In this document: positions 25,797-34,007 of the stretch, one piece after another | Numbering within the stretch: position 1 is the stretch's first letter | How the letters are laid out: every line of letters starts with the position of its first letter | Source of the DNA: an uncultured Christensenella sp. | GTDB taxonomy: Bacteria; Bacillota; Clostridia; Christensenellales; CAG-138 | DNA: 37,785 nt | Direction: 5' to 3' | Assembly (NCBI GenBank): GCA_964409605.1 | Contig: CAYPEV010000003.1 | Span: forward strand, 1 to 37,785 | Made by a program: the position numbers and the translations under genes | Notes under the pieces: generated by a model | Told to the model about the DNA's origin: nothing | The model's input: the letters and a program-made list of their open reading frames with translations, nothing else | Database searches by the model: none

Positions 25797-26449
25797 ACGA
25801 GCTGCTCGAATATTTCACCAACTCGGATGGATACAGCTACCGTCACATGCTGCTGATCTTTTCCGTGATCTGCGCTGTTTCGTTCTATATCTTCATCGTC
25901 TATCGCGTCACGGCGAAGGCGACGGTCTACTCCAAAACATACGGCATCACGGTCGGCGGCATCGGCATCGTGACGGCGGGTATCATCATCGCCATGCAGT
26001 CGAGCTTTGCCATTGCGCTCGGCATGGTCGGCGCGCTGTCAATCGTACGCTTTCGCACGGCGATCAAGGACCCGCTCGACCTGCTGTTCCTCTTCTGGGC
26101 GGTGGGCGAGGGCATCATCTGTGGATCCGACCTGCTGGGGCTTGCGCCGCTCTTATGCGTGGTGATGACCGCGGCGCTGCTGGTGTTCAACAAGTTCCCG
26201 ATCAAAAAAGCGCCATATCTTCTGATCGTCAACGCAAACACCCGCGCGGTGGAGGCGGAGCTTACGCGCGTGCTGCGCGAGAGCAAATGCGCCTATCGCA
26301 TCAAATCTAAAAACATCACCAAACGCTCGGTGGATATGATCGTAGAACTGCGCGCAAAGGACGCAAACGCCATTCTGGACGAGGTGCACAAGATCGAAGG
26401 GATCGAGAGCCTCTCGCTTCTTTCCCACGACGGAGAAACGCGGTTTTAA
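25790..26449 (+). CDS. DUF4956 membrane protein
   Basis: Four hydrophobic helices, the SIVRFRTAIKDPLDLLFLFWAVGEGIICG signature, and a soluble C-terminal tail. The start ATG overlaps the VTC stop (ATGGTAA). Confidence 0.75.
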   Translation: MVNELLEYFTNSDGYSYRHMLLIFSVICAVSFYIFIVYRVTAKATVYSKTYGITVGGIGIVTAGIIIAMQSSFAIALGMVGALSIVRFRTAIKDPLDLLFLFWAVGEGIICGSDLLGLAPLLCVVMTAALLVFNKFPIKKAPYLLIVNANTRAVEAELTRVLRESKCAYRIKSKNITKRSVDMIVELRAKDANAILDEVHKIEGIESLSLLSHDGETRF

Positions 26450-26480
26450 GAACCGATCTCAGGCGCACGGCAAAGGCTGC

Positions 26481-26534
26481 ACAACAAAAAACATGCACCG
26501 AACGGACGAACCGCGCGGTGCATGTTGTTCTTTT
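26481..26534. terminator. Bidirectional terminator between DUF4956 and the sugar transferase gene
   Basis: An 11-bp stem AACAUGCACCG / CGGUGCAUGUU (26490-26500 / 26516-26526) is flanked by an A-run and by GUUCUUUU. Confidence 0.7.
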
Positions 26535-26556
26535 CCCTGCGGAATACGTGTCAAAA

Positions 26557-27948
26557 TCAGGTGATCTTCTCCTGATTGATAATGCCGCCGAGCGCGGTGC
26601 GCAGGCAGATGCGGAGATCCAGCCAGAACGACCAATGCTCGATATACCAGATATCGCACAGCACGCGTTCCTCAATCGAGGTATCGCCGCGATAGCCGTT
26701 TACCTGCGCCCAGCCGGTGATGCCGGGGCGCACGAGATGCTTGAGCATATACAGCGGCACGGTTTCCTGAAACTGCTCCACATAATGCGGAATCTCCGGC
26801 CGCGGGCCGATCAGGCTCATGTCTCCCTTGAGCACGTTGAAGAACTGCGGCAGCTCATCGATGCTGGTCTTTCGCATCAGGCTTCCGAAACGCGTCTTGC
26901 GCGGGTCGTCGCTCGTGGTCCAGCCGGTCTCCTGCTCCGTGTTGACGCGCATGGAGCGGAACTTATACATTTGAAACAGGCGTTTGTTCCTGCCCATTCT
27001 CGTCTGGCTGAAGATGACCGGCCCCGGGCTGGAAAGCAGGGTCCCGATCACGGCAAAGAGCATGAGCGGGCTGGTCAAGACGATCAAAGCCAGGGATCCG
27101 ATGATATCGAACAGGCGCTTGATCATGGCGTTGCTGGGATAGTCCAGCGGCGTTGTGCGGAGGTTTAAGAGCTTGCATTCGCCAAGCGATACCATTGTCG
27201 CGCTCGCTGGAATATAGTCGTTGTAATATGGAATGATGGAGATCTTTGTGCCGTACTTTTCGGTCGCGGCGATGATCTGCGGCAAAAGATGCGTCTGCTC
27301 CTGCTCCAGCGCGACGACGACCTCGTCAAGGCCGGGCTTTGCGAGCACTTCGATCCCACATGCGCCCCATTCGCCAAGGTAACTCAGTCCGTTGAGCGCG
27401 GGCGAGGCGCCGATATAGCCGTCTATGGTATAGCCGTACTGCGGCGTACGCTGAATGGTCTTTGCGTACTTCTTTGCGAGAGCGCCGCTGCCGATCAGAA
27501 CCACGTGTTTGAGGTTATACCCCCTGCTGCGGTAATGCGAGAGCACCGCGCGCACAAACATACGCTTCGTGAGCACCAGGATGCTTGACAGCACAAGGAA
27601 AAGCGCGAGCGCGCCGCGGGAAAAGTCCGTGAGGCGGAAGAGGTAATACAGCGCGCCGGAGGCCAGCGCGATGATCGTATTGACGATTAGCACCCACTTG
27701 ACATCAAACTGAAACGGCTTTGCGCGCACGGAGTCATAAAGTCGAGTCAGCTGATAACCAAGCACGCTGACCAGGCCCAACGAGAGTGAAAACCAGAACA
27801 GGTTGTGCGGAAGCAGCGCCGGATGCGAGGGATTATTCCGCACGACAAGCAGCCAAAAACAAGTGGCTCCAATATAAGACAGGCTGACGATGCAGAAGTC
27901 AATCAGCCGGTTGATTTGATTCAGTACGCGCTGCCATCGTTTGATCAT
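26557..27948 (-). CDS. Polyprenyl-phosphate hexose-1-phosphate transferase (bacterial sugar transferase, WcaJ/EpsL-like priming enzyme)
   Basis: C-terminal catalytic block KRLFDIIGSL..SPGPVIFSQTRMGRNKRLFQMYKFRSM..DELPQFFNVLKGDMSLIGPRPE and N-terminal TM helices. The start is at the ATG 27948 (MIKRWQ). Confidence 0.85.
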   Translation of the reverse strand: MIKRWQRVLNQINRLIDFCIVSLSYIGATCFWLLVVRNNPSHPALLPHNLFWFSLSLGLVSVLGYQLTRLYDSVRAKPFQFDVKWVLIVNTIIALASGALYYLFRLTDFSRGALALFLVLSSILVLTKRMFVRAVLSHYRSRGYNLKHVVLIGSGALAKKYAKTIQRTPQYGYTIDGYIGASPALNGLSYLGEWGACGIEVLAKPGLDEVVVALEQEQTHLLPQIIAATEKYGTKISIIPYYNDYIPASATMVSLGECKLLNLRTTPLDYPSNAMIKRLFDIIGSLALIVLTSPLMLFAVIGTLLSSPGPVIFSQTRMGRNKRLFQMYKFRSMRVNTEQETGWTTSDDPRKTRFGSLMRKTSIDELPQFFNVLKGDMSLIGPRPEIPHYVEQFQETVPLYMLKHLVRPGITGWAQVNGYRGDTSIEERVLCDIWYIEHWSFWLDLRICLRTALGGIINQEKIT

Positions 27949-28032
27949 GGGACACCCCTTGCCGGAAAAGTCAATTATTCCTGCCGAAACAGGTTTGCGC
28001 CCGCGTTTGCTCACTGCGCTTACTAGGCCTAT

Positions 28033-28061
28033 ATCTTACGCAATAGGGAGCGTTCCGTCAA
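28033..28061 (-). promoter_or_regulatory. Promoter of the sugar transferase gene
   Basis: Minus strand: TTGACG (28056-28061), a 17 nt spacer, then TAAGAT (28033-28038). Confidence 0.55.
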
Positions 28062-28537
28062 TCAAATTGCTGAAAACAATACAGGAAGCCGCGAAAAACC
28101 GGTTACGTCGACACATTTTTGATTGGTGGAAAACGGGAGGGATTTCAGAGGACCCGCGCGTGCAAATCACGCATCGCTTCCTGAAAAAACAGTTGAGCCC
28201 TGATACGTGCCGTGGGGTTCCTGCTGGATCGAGCGGGTCAACCTCCTCAATTTTGTATGCGGCAGGACGCCGCGCCGCCGGCAACGGTTGCAAAGACGCA
28301 CACGAGCGGCGGGAAGAATGCGCGGCGCGGGACGCGTTTTTTCGCAGGCGCATGCGCTTAAGGCGCGTGTTTTCCGGGAAAAGTTGCACATTTTTTCTCT
28401 GAATTTTTCTGAAAAACACTCGCGGTGCGGTGAAAGTTAGAGTATGATAGTCTGGATATTGTGATACAAGCGCGCCGACAGGGGGACCGTGTCTTTCCGT
28501 GCAGAAATCGGCGCAGCGTAAAGAGGAGGTTTTTTCT

Positions 28538-29368
28538 TTGGATGCATCGTTAAAAAAGCGGTTGGAGCGCTTCGCGCTGGAAATCCGCGTCGGCGTGCTG
28601 GAGCAGATGAAGGCGCGCGGGTTCGGGCATGTCGGCGGCTCGCTGAGCATTGCGGACGCGCTGTCCGTTCTCTATGGCAGCCAGATGCGCTTTGACCCGA
28701 AACGGCCGGATTGGGCGGAGCGGGATAAGCTCGTCTGCTCCAAAGGGCACGCGGGTCCCGCGGTCTACGCGGCGCTGGCGCTCTCCGGCTTTTTCCCATA
28801 TGAGATGCTCAAGACGCTCAACCAGCCCGGCACCAGCCTGCCGAGCCATTGCGACCGCAACAAGACGCCGGGCGTGGACATGACCACCGGCTCCCTTGGG
28901 CAGGGCACGAGCCTTGCCTGCGGCATGGCGCTCGGCGAAAAACTCCGCGGACGCGACGCAAGGGTATTCCTCATCGTCGGCGACGGCGAAGCGAACGAAG
29001 GCCAGGTCTGGGAAGCGTGCATGTTCGCCTCCGCAAAGAAGCTCGGCAATCTCGTGCTTCTTCTGGACGTCAACGGCAAGCAGCTTGACGGCTGCACAAA
29101 GGATATTCTCGATACGCTCGATCTGCCCGCGAAGCTCAGCGCGTTCGGGTTTGATACCGTCAGCATCGACGGCAACGACATCGAGGCGGTCTATACCGCC
29201 CTCGAGCGCACGAGAAACGGCGGGGACAAGCCCTATGCCGTCGTGCTCAACACGGTGAAGGGCAAGGGCGTTCCCGCGGTGGAGCAGGCGAAGAGCAACC
29301 ATAGCATGACGGTTTCGACCGAGCAGTGGAACGAGTGGCTGCTTTCGCTGACCGCGCAGCTGGACTAA
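28538..29368 (+). CDS. Transketolase, N-terminal (TPP/PP-binding) subunit
   Basis: GHVGGSLSIADALSVLY, SKGHAGPAVYAAL and GDGEANEGQVWEA. I chose the TTG at 28538, which lies 9 nt after GAGGAGG; the ORF track starts at the GTG 28499. Confidence 0.85.
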   Translation: MDASLKKRLERFALEIRVGVLEQMKARGFGHVGGSLSIADALSVLYGSQMRFDPKRPDWAERDKLVCSKGHAGPAVYAALALSGFFPYEMLKTLNQPGTSLPSHCDRNKTPGVDMTTGSLGQGTSLACGMALGEKLRGRDARVFLIVGDGEANEGQVWEACMFASAKKLGNLVLLLDVNGKQLDGCTKDILDTLDLPAKLSAFGFDTVSIDGNDIEAVYTALERTRNGGDKPYAVVLNTVKGKGVPAVEQAKSNHSMTVSTEQWNEWLLSLTAQLD

Positions 29369-29386
29369 AGAGGAGGGAATAGTGAT

Positions 29387-30340
29387 ATGGAACTGATTTA
29401 CGACGGAAGCATGGATTCCCGCCTGTTTAAGGATATTCTGGGCAAGACCATCCGCGAGATGAGCGAGCAGGACAGCGATTTTATCTATCTCGACGCGGAT
29501 CTCATGAGCTGCATCGGCACCTGCGCCTGGGCGACGGAGCATCCGGAGCGCGGCGTCAACTGCGGCATCGCCGAATCGAACATGATCGGCGTCGCGTGCG
29601 GCCTTGCTGCGGCCGGCTTCAAGCCCGTGGTGCATACCTTTGGGCCGTTTGCCTCGCGCCGCGTGTTTGATCAGGTGTTTCTCTCCGCGGGGTACGCGAA
29701 GAACGACATCACCGTCATCGGCACCGACCCCGGCGTAACCGCGACGTTCAACGGCGGCACGCACATGCCGTTTGAAGACGTTGCGCTCTACCGCACGATC
29801 CCGACCGCGACCATCATCGACATCACCGATGTCCCGATGCTGATCAGCGTGCTCAGGCAGTGCAAGGATCTGCCGGGCGTGAAATACATCCGCGTCGGCA
29901 GAAAGAACGCGGCGAAGGTGTTTGCGGATGGGACGGAGACGCCGATCGGCCCCGCGATCACCCTCCGCGAAGGCAAGGACGTCGCGATCTTTGCCGCGGG
30001 CATCATGGTGCATGAGGCCATGCAGGCGGCAGAAACGCTCGCAAAGAGCGGCATCGACGCCGCGGTGGTCAACTTCTTCACCATCAAGCCTCTGGACGTG
30101 GAAGCTGCGAAAAAATACGCCAGGCAGTGCAAGAATATCGTGGTCGCGGAAAACCACAACCGCATCGGCGGCCTCTACAGCGCGGTCTGCGAGACGCTCG
30201 CGCGCGAGAACACGGCGAAGATCGACGTGGTCGCGGTCAACGACGAATATGGCGAAGTCGGCCCGCAGGACTATCTGCAGAAGCGCTTCGGTCTTACGGC
30301 GGAGCACATCGTCGAAACCGTGCAGGCATTGGTCAGATAA
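29387..30340 (+). CDS. Transketolase, C-terminal (pyrimidine-binding) subunit
   Basis: GIAESNMIGVACGLAAAGFKPVVHTF and GGTHMPFEDVALYRTIP. It starts 18 nt after the N-terminal subunit. Confidence 0.9.
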   Translation: MELIYDGSMDSRLFKDILGKTIREMSEQDSDFIYLDADLMSCIGTCAWATEHPERGVNCGIAESNMIGVACGLAAAGFKPVVHTFGPFASRRVFDQVFLSAGYAKNDITVIGTDPGVTATFNGGTHMPFEDVALYRTIPTATIIDITDVPMLISVLRQCKDLPGVKYIRVGRKNAAKVFADGTETPIGPAITLREGKDVAIFAAGIMVHEAMQAAETLAKSGIDAAVVNFFTIKPLDVEAAKKYARQCKNIVVAENHNRIGGLYSAVCETLARENTAKIDVVAVNDEYGEVGPQDYLQKRFGLTAEHIVETVQALVR

Positions 30341-30368
30341 TTCAATCGTCAGCATCGACAATGCGTCG

Positions 30369-30397
30369 GGAGAGGGGATTCGTCCCCTCTCTTTTTT
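30369..30397 (+). terminator. Intrinsic terminator after transketolase
   Basis: GGAGAGGGGA-UUCG-UCCCCUCUC followed by U6. Confidence 0.85.
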
Positions 30398-30559
30398 CCG
30401 TTTCTCTGTGCGGCGTGTTGCAGATGCGGGCGGAACTGTTGCTTAAATGCACAAGATCGATTATTCTGTCTGTAATAAGGATGTAGCGGCGTTGCCCGGC
30501 ACAGGGGCGGACGCGGCGGATGCGGCACAATTCCGAAAACGAGTCAGGAGAGACGGAAC

Positions 30560-30835
30560 ATGGAATTCCAAATCGTCGAAGGACGAATTTATTATGAAGA
30601 CGAGCGAAATGAAGTGCTCGCCGAGGTCACGTATGTCCCGGTTTCCGAAGGCGTTGTGGACATCGACCATACCTACGTCAGCCCCGCGTTGCGCGGGCAG
30701 GGCATCGCGGGGAAGCTGATGGAGGCGCTCGCGGCGGATCTTCGCGCGCGCGGGCTCAAGGCCACCGCCTCCTGCTCCTATGCCGAGATCTGGCTTTCGC
30801 GAAACCGCGCGGCAAACGAGGACATCATCGCCTGA
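30560..30835 (+). CDS. Small GNAT-like N-acetyltransferase (YjdJ / Acetyltransf_CG type)
   Basis: 91 aa. VDIDHTYVSPALRGQGIAGKLMEAL plus CSYA near the C-terminus. Confidence 0.7.
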   Translation: MEFQIVEGRIYYEDERNEVLAEVTYVPVSEGVVDIDHTYVSPALRGQGIAGKLMEALAADLRARGLKATASCSYAEIWLSRNRAANEDIIA

Positions 30836-30968
30836 GCGAACGAGCGCATGGTTCCCGCGCGGAAGAGCCGCGACGAATGTAGAAAAAAAGTATGTGAACG
30901 AACTTTAAAATTTGCGTTTTCGGCCGTATGAAAAGCGTATTTTATGCCCTGTGTATGCAGGGAGCGTG

Positions 30969-30998
30969 TTGACAGCGAAACGCGCGCAAGGCTACAAT
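30969..30998 (+). promoter_or_regulatory. Promoter upstream of lepB
   Basis: TTGACA, an 18 nt spacer, then TACAAT. This leaves a leader of about 135 nt before the lepB ATG. Confidence 0.6.
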
Positions 30999-31139
30999 CA
31001 GTTCAGGTTACAGGGTGACCTTGGCTTTGAGGAAGATCGATCGTGTGCCGCGGCGGCTATGCTTTGCCGGCGAAACACGTGTTTTTTCACCCATATGCAC
31101 TAGGCGGGATAGCGCCGGAGAAAACCAGAGGTTCTTTGC

Positions 31140-31715
31140 ATGCGGTATTCGGGAGCCTATGTGCCGGACGATGACCCGGCGGATCGTTGGGAATACGAGC
31201 GGGCGACGCGCCCGCGCAGGAGCAAATATGCATCCGGCATCCTGCTGCGCATCTTTGCCGTGCTGCTGCTCCTTTCGGTTGCCGCGCTGCTGTATGTCCG
31301 CCAGTATACCGTGACCGGCGACTCGATGGAGCCGACACTGATGGCGGGCGATCGCGTGTTTTACGTCGGGTTTACCCGTGCGGAATATGGTGATCTGATC
31401 ATTTTCGACGCGGGCGAACCCTACGGGCTCGTGGTCAAGCGCGTCGCAGGGCTGCCGGGGGATCGCATCGAGATCACGCCCGACGGCCGCCTGATCCGAA
31501 ACGGCGAGCCTGTGGAGGAAGCGTATATCCTGCCGGACGCGCTGGGCAACAGCGCGATGGAGGAGATCACCGTCGAGAGCGGCAAACTCTTCGTGCTGGG
31601 AGATCATCGCGCGGTGTCGATCGACAGCAGGGATATCCGCGTCGGGCAGATTCGGGAAGAGACGGTGCGCGGCATCGTGACCAGAATGCTGCGCGATACG
31701 CAGCCGGCACCATAA
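31140..31715 (+). CDS. lepB: Signal peptidase I
   Basis: TM anchor followed by TGDSMEPTL (catalytic Ser box), VKRVAGLPGD (Lys box) and GDHRAVSIDSR. Confidence 0.9.
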   Translation: MRYSGAYVPDDDPADRWEYERATRPRRSKYASGILLRIFAVLLLLSVAALLYVRQYTVTGDSMEPTLMAGDRVFYVGFTRAEYGDLIIFDAGEPYGLVVKRVAGLPGDRIEITPDGRLIRNGEPVEEAYILPDALGNSAMEEITVESGKLFVLGDHRAVSIDSRDIRVGQIREETVRGIVTRMLRDTQPAP

Positions 31716-31802
31716 ACGATTTGCGCCGTTTGATCGATCGATTCGGTCAAACGGAGTACGCGGCTTGCTGCAAGCAAGACGGCCATCAAAGGAACACGGT
31801 TC

Positions 31803-32744
31803 ATGAAGCACAGCAAACGCATCATCGGACAACTTGCCATCCTTATCCTGCTTGCCACCCTGCTGCTTTCGCAGTTCGGGTGCGCGGGCGAGGTGGTTCG
31901 CGCGCTGGACTATACGCTCGAGAATGAACTCTACGACGGGCAGACGGATGCAACACCGCAGACGGCGGAAGAGACCCCTCCTGCGGAGACGACACTTTCC
32001 GCGGAGACGACCGCTTCTCCGGCGGAGGCGGCGACGCAAAGCCCAACCCCTGCGCCCTCTGCAACGCCGAGCCCGACCGTACCCGACGCGACAACGCCGG
32101 TTGAAACGGAAGCGGTAACCGGAACGCCCATGCCTTCGCAGACGCCGGAGCTGCATCGCCTGCGCGTCTTCGTGCAGGATGCGGCGGCGGCGCCGCTGGT
32201 CGGCGCGCGCGTGACGCTGTTTCAGGATGACGCGGTGCTGTTTTCCGGCATGACGGGCAGCGACGGAAACGTCTCCTGGACCTTGCCGATCGATCACACC
32301 TATCGGGTCAGCGCTGCCTTGTCCGGCTATCAGGCTTGTGACGGGGACGGCGGCGTATACGATATGGCGCAGGATGTTTCGGTGAAGATTACGCTTGTCC
32401 AAAGCGGACAGACGGGCGACCCGCTTGCAACGCCGACCCCGCTGCCCGTGCCGGACGGCGCACCGGGCAAGGTGCGCATCGGCGCGGACGATGTGACGAT
32501 CCAGCCCAAGCAGGCGTTCTCCCTGCTGGACGGTGTGAGCGCGCAGACGGAGTTCGACCAGCCGGTCGCGGTCTGGGTGGTTGAAAACGGCGGGTTTTCC
32601 GCGGACATGCCGGGCGCATACCGCGTGACCTACGGCGCGTTTGAAGAGGGCGCGCTCGTCACCGCGATGCGTACCATAACCGTCGAAGGCGAAGCGGAAC
32701 CAACCGGGACTGAGCAGCCGCATGCGCCCAATGGCAGCAGCTAA
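31803..32744 (+). CDS. Lipoprotein with Thr/Pro/Ala/Glu-rich linker and beta-sandwich (carboxypeptidase-regulatory-like / Ig-like) domains
   Basis: Lipobox LLLSQFGC, an 80-aa low-complexity linker, and LRVFVQDAAAAPLVGARVTLF..TGSDGNVSW. The function is unknown. Confidence 0.6.
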   Translation: MKHSKRIIGQLAILILLATLLLSQFGCAGEVVRALDYTLENELYDGQTDATPQTAEETPPAETTLSAETTASPAEAATQSPTPAPSATPSPTVPDATTPVETEAVTGTPMPSQTPELHRLRVFVQDAAAAPLVGARVTLFQDDAVLFSGMTGSDGNVSWTLPIDHTYRVSAALSGYQACDGDGGVYDMAQDVSVKITLVQSGQTGDPLATPTPLPVPDGAPGKVRIGADDVTIQPKQAFSLLDGVSAQTEFDQPVAVWVVENGGFSADMPGAYRVTYGAFEEGALVTAMRTITVEGEAEPTGTEQPHAPNGSS

Positions 32745-32762
32745 GAGCGCTATGAAGTATTG

Positions 32763-33803
32763 ATGGAATACCACGAGCTCGCGGGCGACGCACTGAGCGA
32801 ACGCATCGCTGCGCTGAACGCGGCGTATCAGCAAAAAGTAGAACAAGCGCTTGCCGAAAACGCGGAGGCGCGCATCCTTGCCGCAGCCGCCGCGGAAAAC
32901 GACACGGACGACAGGACCACCGCCGCAAAGGATGTGCAGCAGACGCAGGACATCCGGGTGACGAACTGGCCGGATGTGCTCGCGACCTTCCTTGCGCAAA
33001 ACGTATCCAGCGAAGAATGCCCGCTGAACGCCTATCTATTGCAGGATATTCCTCTGGATCGGCTCGACGGCGTATTTTGGGATATGAACCCGATCGAGGT
33101 GTTCCGCATGGACGGGACGGCAAATGTCCTGCTCAGCGCGAAAACCTATGAGGATATGGCGGAAGATTACGGCATGAGCGCGAAGCGCAAGAGCTTCCTG
33201 TACGAGCTCATGCAGCCGGAGTTCCAACGCACGTTTGCCTCCATGACCGGCAACGTCGCGTTTACCGACGCATCCAAGGAAAGCATCGATGCACTGCTCG
33301 CAACTTTGCCCGAGGATGCAAATGTCGAGCGCAAAGAGGTGGTGGAAACCGCGCTTTCGCTGGTCGGCAAGGTTTCCTACGTCTTTGGCGGAAAATACAA
33401 CCGCCTGGGCTGGAACGACGCCTGGGGCAACGCGAACGAGGCGCAGGAGGGTGAGACGATCAGGATCTCGCGTGACAAAGGACTCGATTGCAGCGGCTTT
33501 GTCAGCTGGGCATTCATCAACGCGGTCGGAGACCCTGCCGTGCTGCGCGTCATCGGCAACGGCTCAAGCAACCAGTGGGCGCATTCTACCGCGATCGGCT
33601 GGGATGAAGGCCGTCCGGGCGATCTCGCGTTCTATTGCGCGCCGGGTGAGCGGCAATATAACCACATTGGCATCATCGTTGCCTTGGACGACGACGGGAG
33701 CTATCTCGTCGCGCATTGTTCCTCTCTCCAGGACGGCGTTGTGGTAACCGACGGTTGGAGCACGGGATTCCGATATTTGCGCAGGCCAGCATTTTTCCAG
33801 TAA
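32763..33803 (+). CDS. NlpC/P60 (C40) peptidoglycan endopeptidase with long N-terminal domain
   Basis: YVFGGKY..GLDCSGFVSWAF (catalytic Cys) and NHIGIIV (His). I see no recognisable signal peptide at the N-terminus (MEYHELAGDALSERIAAL). Confidence 0.8.
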   Translation: MEYHELAGDALSERIAALNAAYQQKVEQALAENAEARILAAAAAENDTDDRTTAAKDVQQTQDIRVTNWPDVLATFLAQNVSSEECPLNAYLLQDIPLDRLDGVFWDMNPIEVFRMDGTANVLLSAKTYEDMAEDYGMSAKRKSFLYELMQPEFQRTFASMTGNVAFTDASKESIDALLATLPEDANVERKEVVETALSLVGKVSYVFGGKYNRLGWNDAWGNANEAQEGETIRISRDKGLDCSGFVSWAFINAVGDPAVLRVIGNGSSNQWAHSTAIGWDEGRPGDLAFYCAPGERQYNHIGIIVALDDDGSYLVAHCSSLQDGVVVTDGWSTGFRYLRRPAFFQ

Positions 33804-33818
33804 AAATGAGAAAACACG

Positions 33819-33847
33819 TTGATAAATATGGAACATTACATTATAAT
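33819..33847 (+). promoter_or_regulatory. Near-consensus promoter (P1) at the start of the 1 kb gene-free region
   Basis: TTGATA (33819-33824), a 17 nt spacer, then TATAAT (33842-33847). Confidence 0.6.
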
Positions 33848-33978
33848 GAAAAATGTAACGGTTTTATGTAATGGTTATGCAGCGGAAATAGTATGATTTG
33901 AAAGCCTTACGCCGGTAAAAGGACAAAGAAAAATTACAATGTAACGGCAGAATACGCTGTTTCAACGTGCATAATCAC

Positions 33979-34007
33979 TTGACAACTGTTTCTGTATTTG
34001 ATATTTT
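33979..34007 (+). promoter_or_regulatory. Second candidate promoter (P2)
   Basis: TTGACA (33979-33984), a 17 nt spacer ending in TGA, then TATTTT (34002-34007). This is the extended -10 type. Confidence 0.5.

Noticed and set aside
28167-28391. 74-aa minus-strand ORF with a GAGGAGG upstream of an internal TTG in the tkt-upstream spacer
   Set aside because: The Shine-Dalgarno sequence abuts the TTG with zero spacing, the peptide is Arg/Cys-rich without features, and it overlaps other equally poor ORFs.
28550-30361. 603-aa minus-strand ORF across both transketolase subunits
   Set aside because: It is an antisense shadow of two strongly supported genes. It spans their intergenic gap only because no stop codon occurs by chance.
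31008-32999. 663-aa minus-strand ORF across lepB, the lipoprotein gene and the start of NlpC/P60
   Set aside because: It is extremely Arg-rich (RRRRLRRRSGRLRGKCRLRRRG..) and lies antisense to three genes with clear signatures.
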